From: Candidatus Altiarchaeales archaeon IMC4
GTDB lineage: Archaea; Altiarchaeota; Altiarchaeia; IMC4
Reading direction: 5' to 3'
Assembly: GCA_001742785.1 (NCBI GenBank)
Contig: MCBF01000001.1
Span: forward strand, 1,014,857-1,033,342
Length of the DNA stretch: 18,486 bases
The notes beneath the pieces were generated by a model that ran no database searches, was not told the origin of the DNA, and saw nothing but the letters and a program-made list of their open reading frames with translations. Both the position numbers and the translations under genes were made by a program. Positions 15,674 through 18,486 of this stretch are shown here, one piece after another (the stretch's first letter is position 1; each line of letters begins with the position of its first letter).

Positions 15674-15895
15674 TTTTCTCTTTTTCGCCACCCGCGTGAA
15701 TTTTTCATTCACGGGGCACCGTTCACGCGTTTGCGGCGTTGTCGCAAACGGTGTCCTCGTATCCCTGCTAGGGATACGGGACATCGATTCCTTTGATGAA
15801 TCGCTTGTCCTGCAAACCTTTTTGGTTTGCATGATGCGGTGTTCCGCAAACGCGTGTCATTTTTCTCTTTTCGCAAAAGAGAAAAAGGCTGTTTT
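15674..15895. repeat. Modular palindromic cassette B (seven stacked hairpins) between divergent rps3 and argJ
   Basis: Border TTTTCTC(T)TTTTCGC at 15674 and 15861; hairpins at 15691-15716, 15724-15753, 15752-15783, 15785-15803, 15811-15831, 15835-15848 and 15860-15886; ends GGCTGTTTT. Confidence 0.85.
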
Positions 15896-15924
15896 AATTA
15901 TTCTGCCTGTAACTTAAATAGTTA

Positions 15925-17082
15925 ATGGTAATGACGGAGATAAAACTTACGGGTAGGGGTGTGTGCATAGGTGGCTTTACTGCCGGCGGGGCAAAGGACG
16001 GCAAGTACGGCGTTGCGATCATAAAAAACAACTCTGTGTGCAGGTGCGCCGCCCTGTTCACAAGAAACAGTTTGAAGGCCGCCCCTGTCCTTGTAAGCCG
16101 CGAGAATGTAAAAAACGGTATTCAGGCGATAGTTGCGAATTCGGGAAATGCCAATGCCTGCACCCCGAACGGTTTGGCCGATGCGAAAAAGATGTGCAGG
16201 ATTGCGGCAGGGGCGTTGTCCGTAGATGAAAAAAACATTGCGGTCGCCTCGACCGGGATAATCGGCAGGCTGCTTGACATGGGGAAGGTTGAAGCCCTGA
16301 TCGGAGAGGTGTCGGGGGGGTTATCTGCCGGCAAAAGCCCTGATGCCGCCCGCGCGATAATGACGACCGATACAGTCAAAAAAGAGATATCCGTCGAGTA
16401 TAAGGGCATAGAGGTCGGAGCCATCGCAAAGGGTGTCGGCATGGTCTGCCCTGGCATGGCGACAGTGCTGTGCTTTGTAACGACGAATGCGAACCTATCT
16501 GATGCAGAACTTTACGAATCGCTAAAATCTGCTGCAGATTCGTCCCTGAACATGCTTATAGTCGATGGGGACATGAGCACGAACGACTGCCTGTTTTTGC
16601 TTTCCGAGGGGACGAAAAAGTGCAGTGCCCTTGACTTCCGCCACGCTCTGGACTACGTCCTCGTCGAGATAACGAAGATGCTGGCAAGGGACGGCGAGGG
16701 CGCGACCAAACTGATTGAGGCGGATGTCATTGGCGGGGAAACGCCGGAAATCGCGCGCACCTGCGCAAGGGCGATAGTTACGTCGCCCCTCGTAAAGACT
16801 GCCATCTACGGGGAGAACCCGAACTGGGGCAGGATCGCCGCGGCCGTTGGCTCGGTGGCGGATGTCGATTTTGAGAATCTTGAGATACGGCTTAAATCGG
16901 AAAATGGAGAAGCCACCACACTAAAAAAAGGGCAGGGCGGAGACTTAAAGCAGGCGGAGGCCGTGCTTCGCGGGAAGGAAATACTCATAATCGTGAACAT
17001 GAACTCAGGCAATGGCAAGGCAAGGGCGTTCGGCTGCGACCTGACGCCCGGTTACGTGAAGATAAATGCGGAGTATAACTAA
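15925..17082 (+). CDS. argJ: Ornithine acetyltransferase / N-acetylglutamate synthase ArgJ
   Basis: NSGNANA, STGIIG, AIMTTD, AKGVGM, MA|T autocleavage site, DGDMSTND, DGEGATK, PNWGRI, GCDLT...YVKINAEY. Confidence 0.97.
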   Translation: MVMTEIKLTGRGVCIGGFTAGGAKDGKYGVAIIKNNSVCRCAALFTRNSLKAAPVLVSRENVKNGIQAIVANSGNANACTPNGLADAKKMCRIAAGALSVDEKNIAVASTGIIGRLLDMGKVEALIGEVSGGLSAGKSPDAARAIMTTDTVKKEISVEYKGIEVGAIAKGVGMVCPGMATVLCFVTTNANLSDAELYESLKSAADSSLNMLIVDGDMSTNDCLFLLSEGTKKCSALDFRHALDYVLVEITKMLARDGEGATKLIEADVIGGETPEIARTCARAIVTSPLVKTAIYGENPNWGRIAAAVGSVADVDFENLEIRLKSENGEATTLKKGQGGDLKQAEAVLRGKEILIIVNMNSGNGKARAFGCDLTPGYVKINAEYN

Positions 17083-17088
17083 TGCAAA

Positions 17089-17835
17089 ATGAAAAAGAAT
17101 GCAGGTACAATGGTGATCGTCACGCTCCTGTCCATTTTAATTGTTATGGGGGTCTCGATGGTCGGCATGGCACTTTACTTCAACAAAACCTACGAGGCAA
17201 TCGGGCAGGATTACGAGCAGGCGCTCAAGGATGTCCGGGAAAAGGCAAAGGAACTAAATGAGACGGCGGGTGCTATGAATGAGCGGGAAGCGGAATTGAA
17301 AAGGGCCGAGCAGGAGATGCTCGATTACATCAACGAGCTGAACCTCACAAAAAGCCGCGTTTCGTCACTTGGGACGCACTTCACGACCCTAAAAAGCGAT
17401 AAGGAGATACTTGAGGCAAACCTGAGCAAAACGACTACCGAAAGGGATGATTGGATGTCGAAATATACCTCGACAAAAACGTCCCTTGACATCTGCACGA
17501 GGGACTATAACATAAAGGCGGAGCGGTTAAAGGCCTCGGATACAAAAATCGGTGTACTAAAGGCAGATGCCATAGAGGTAGAGGGCGACATTAATTATGT
17601 CCTCGCACAAGCAAACAAGATAGAGAGCAACAGAAGGACCCTGAAGAACCTAACGATGGAGATAAGTAACGTACTAAGCGGTATGGAAGGCGATGATAAG
17701 GATAGGGTTGAAGACCTCGTTTCAGAGATGGATGGGTATCTTGATAACGATGGGTACATGAAGGGCTGGACTGATACGATTGTAACGCTTGTAGGCACCA
17801 TAAAAAATCGGATTGCTACGATGAAAAATGTTTAA
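17089..17835 (+). CDS. Membrane-anchored coiled-coil hypothetical protein
   Basis: MKK plus a hydrophobic helix (MVIVTLLSILIVMGVSMVGMALYF), then about 200 aa of heptad-like helical sequence; overlaps coaD by 8 nt. Confidence 0.8.
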   Translation: MKKNAGTMVIVTLLSILIVMGVSMVGMALYFNKTYEAIGQDYEQALKDVREKAKELNETAGAMNEREAELKRAEQEMLDYINELNLTKSRVSSLGTHFTTLKSDKEILEANLSKTTTERDDWMSKYTSTKTSLDICTRDYNIKAERLKASDTKIGVLKADAIEVEGDINYVLAQANKIESNRRTLKNLTMEISNVLSGMEGDDKDRVEDLVSEMDGYLDNDGYMKGWTDTIVTLVGTIKNRIATMKNV

Positions 17836-18280
17836 GAGGGTTATCGTAGGCGGCACTTTCGATGTGCTGCACAAGGGACATGAAAGGGTGATGGGGTGCG
17901 CGTTTTCCATCGGGCAGTCAGTAACGATAGGGCTTTCCACCGATGAGTTCGCAAACCGCTTCAGGGCAAAGACCGTGATGGGCTACGAGAAACGGAAATC
18001 CGCTGTCGAAGGGTTCGCCAAAACCTTCAAGAAGGAGTACCGGATAGTGCCGATAGACGACTCCTACGGCATCTCGACCACAGACCCAGAAGCAGGCTGC
18101 ATTGTAGTCAGCGAGGAGACGCTCCTGCGGGCCGAGGAGATAAACATGATCAGGTTCAAGAAGGGGCTTGAGAAGATGGTGATAATCGTGGTGCCGCTTG
18201 TCCTTGCAGATGACGGGCGGCCGATATCCGGCGGGAGGATACATTCGGGGGAGATAACGCCCGATGGGAAGAGGGTGTAG
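17828..18280 (+). CDS. coaD: Archaeal-type phosphopantetheine adenylyltransferase
   Basis: GGTFDVLHKGH (HxGH), IGLSTD, IVVSEET, IN..R...GL, ADDGRPIS..RI..GEI..DGK. Confidence 0.93.
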   Translation: MFKRVIVGGTFDVLHKGHERVMGCAFSIGQSVTIGLSTDEFANRFRAKTVMGYEKRKSAVEGFAKTFKKEYRIVPIDDSYGISTTDPEAGCIVVSEETLLRAEEINMIRFKKGLEKMVIIVVPLVLADDGRPISGGRIHSGEITPDGKRV

Positions 18281-18381
18281 GAAAATAAAAAAAGGGAATT
18301 AGTCGTTTTCCGTACCAAATTGCCCATATATTATATTGAATACTTTCTTAAATAAATTGGAATTTCAGTTGTTAAACCGAT

Positions 18382-18429
18382 TTTGAAATTGACATACAAT
18401 TTCAAAGCCATGTGAATCTTCGATTCACA
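18382..18429. repeat. Two adjacent perfect hairpins downstream of coaD
   Basis: TTTGAAATTG-acata-CAATTTCAAA (18382-18406); TGTGAATC-ttc-GATTCACA (18411-18429). Confidence 0.75.
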
Positions 18430-18486
18430 ATGAATTCCATTTCCTTTAGGTAAGGATATAGCGAATTGCATAATTAATCCACGTTT

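Noticed and set aside
15674..15895. CRISPR array or tRNA
   Set aside because: No identical regularly spaced repeats with unique spacers; no cloverleaf with a T-loop GTTCRA or acceptor stem.
10012..15917. Plus-strand ORFs across the ribosomal cluster (e.g. 11369..11944, 14130..14708, 15381..15917)
   Set aside because: They overlap conserved minus-strand genes and have no family signatures.

Overview
Archaeal chromosomal window; genes resemble euryarchaeal/DPANN-type homologues, and Altiarchaeota is a tentative guess only. From left to right it holds: a start-less ORF remnant; a hicB-hicA toxin-antitoxin pair; family B DNA polymerase with a 435-aa LAGLIDADG intein at the YGD|TDS site; and a membrane protein. 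A minus-strand translation cluster follows, read as S3, L29, aIF1/SUI1, Rpp29, S17, L14, L24, S4e, L5, S14, S7, [hicB-hicA, 615-aa PD-(D/E)xK nuclease-like protein], EF-2. The window ends with argJ, a membrane-anchored coiled-coil protein and coaD (PPAT). The ribosomal cluster is rearranged: S14 runs straight into S7, and an AT-rich TA/nuclease insert separates S7 from EF-2. The most unusual signal is non-coding. Intergenic spacers carry a recurring hairpin architecture (short outer stem, one bulged base, CG, variable inner stem, CG) whose sequence varies while pairing is kept. At two loci (12959-13066 and 15674-15895) these hairpins form modular cassettes with matching T-rich borders.
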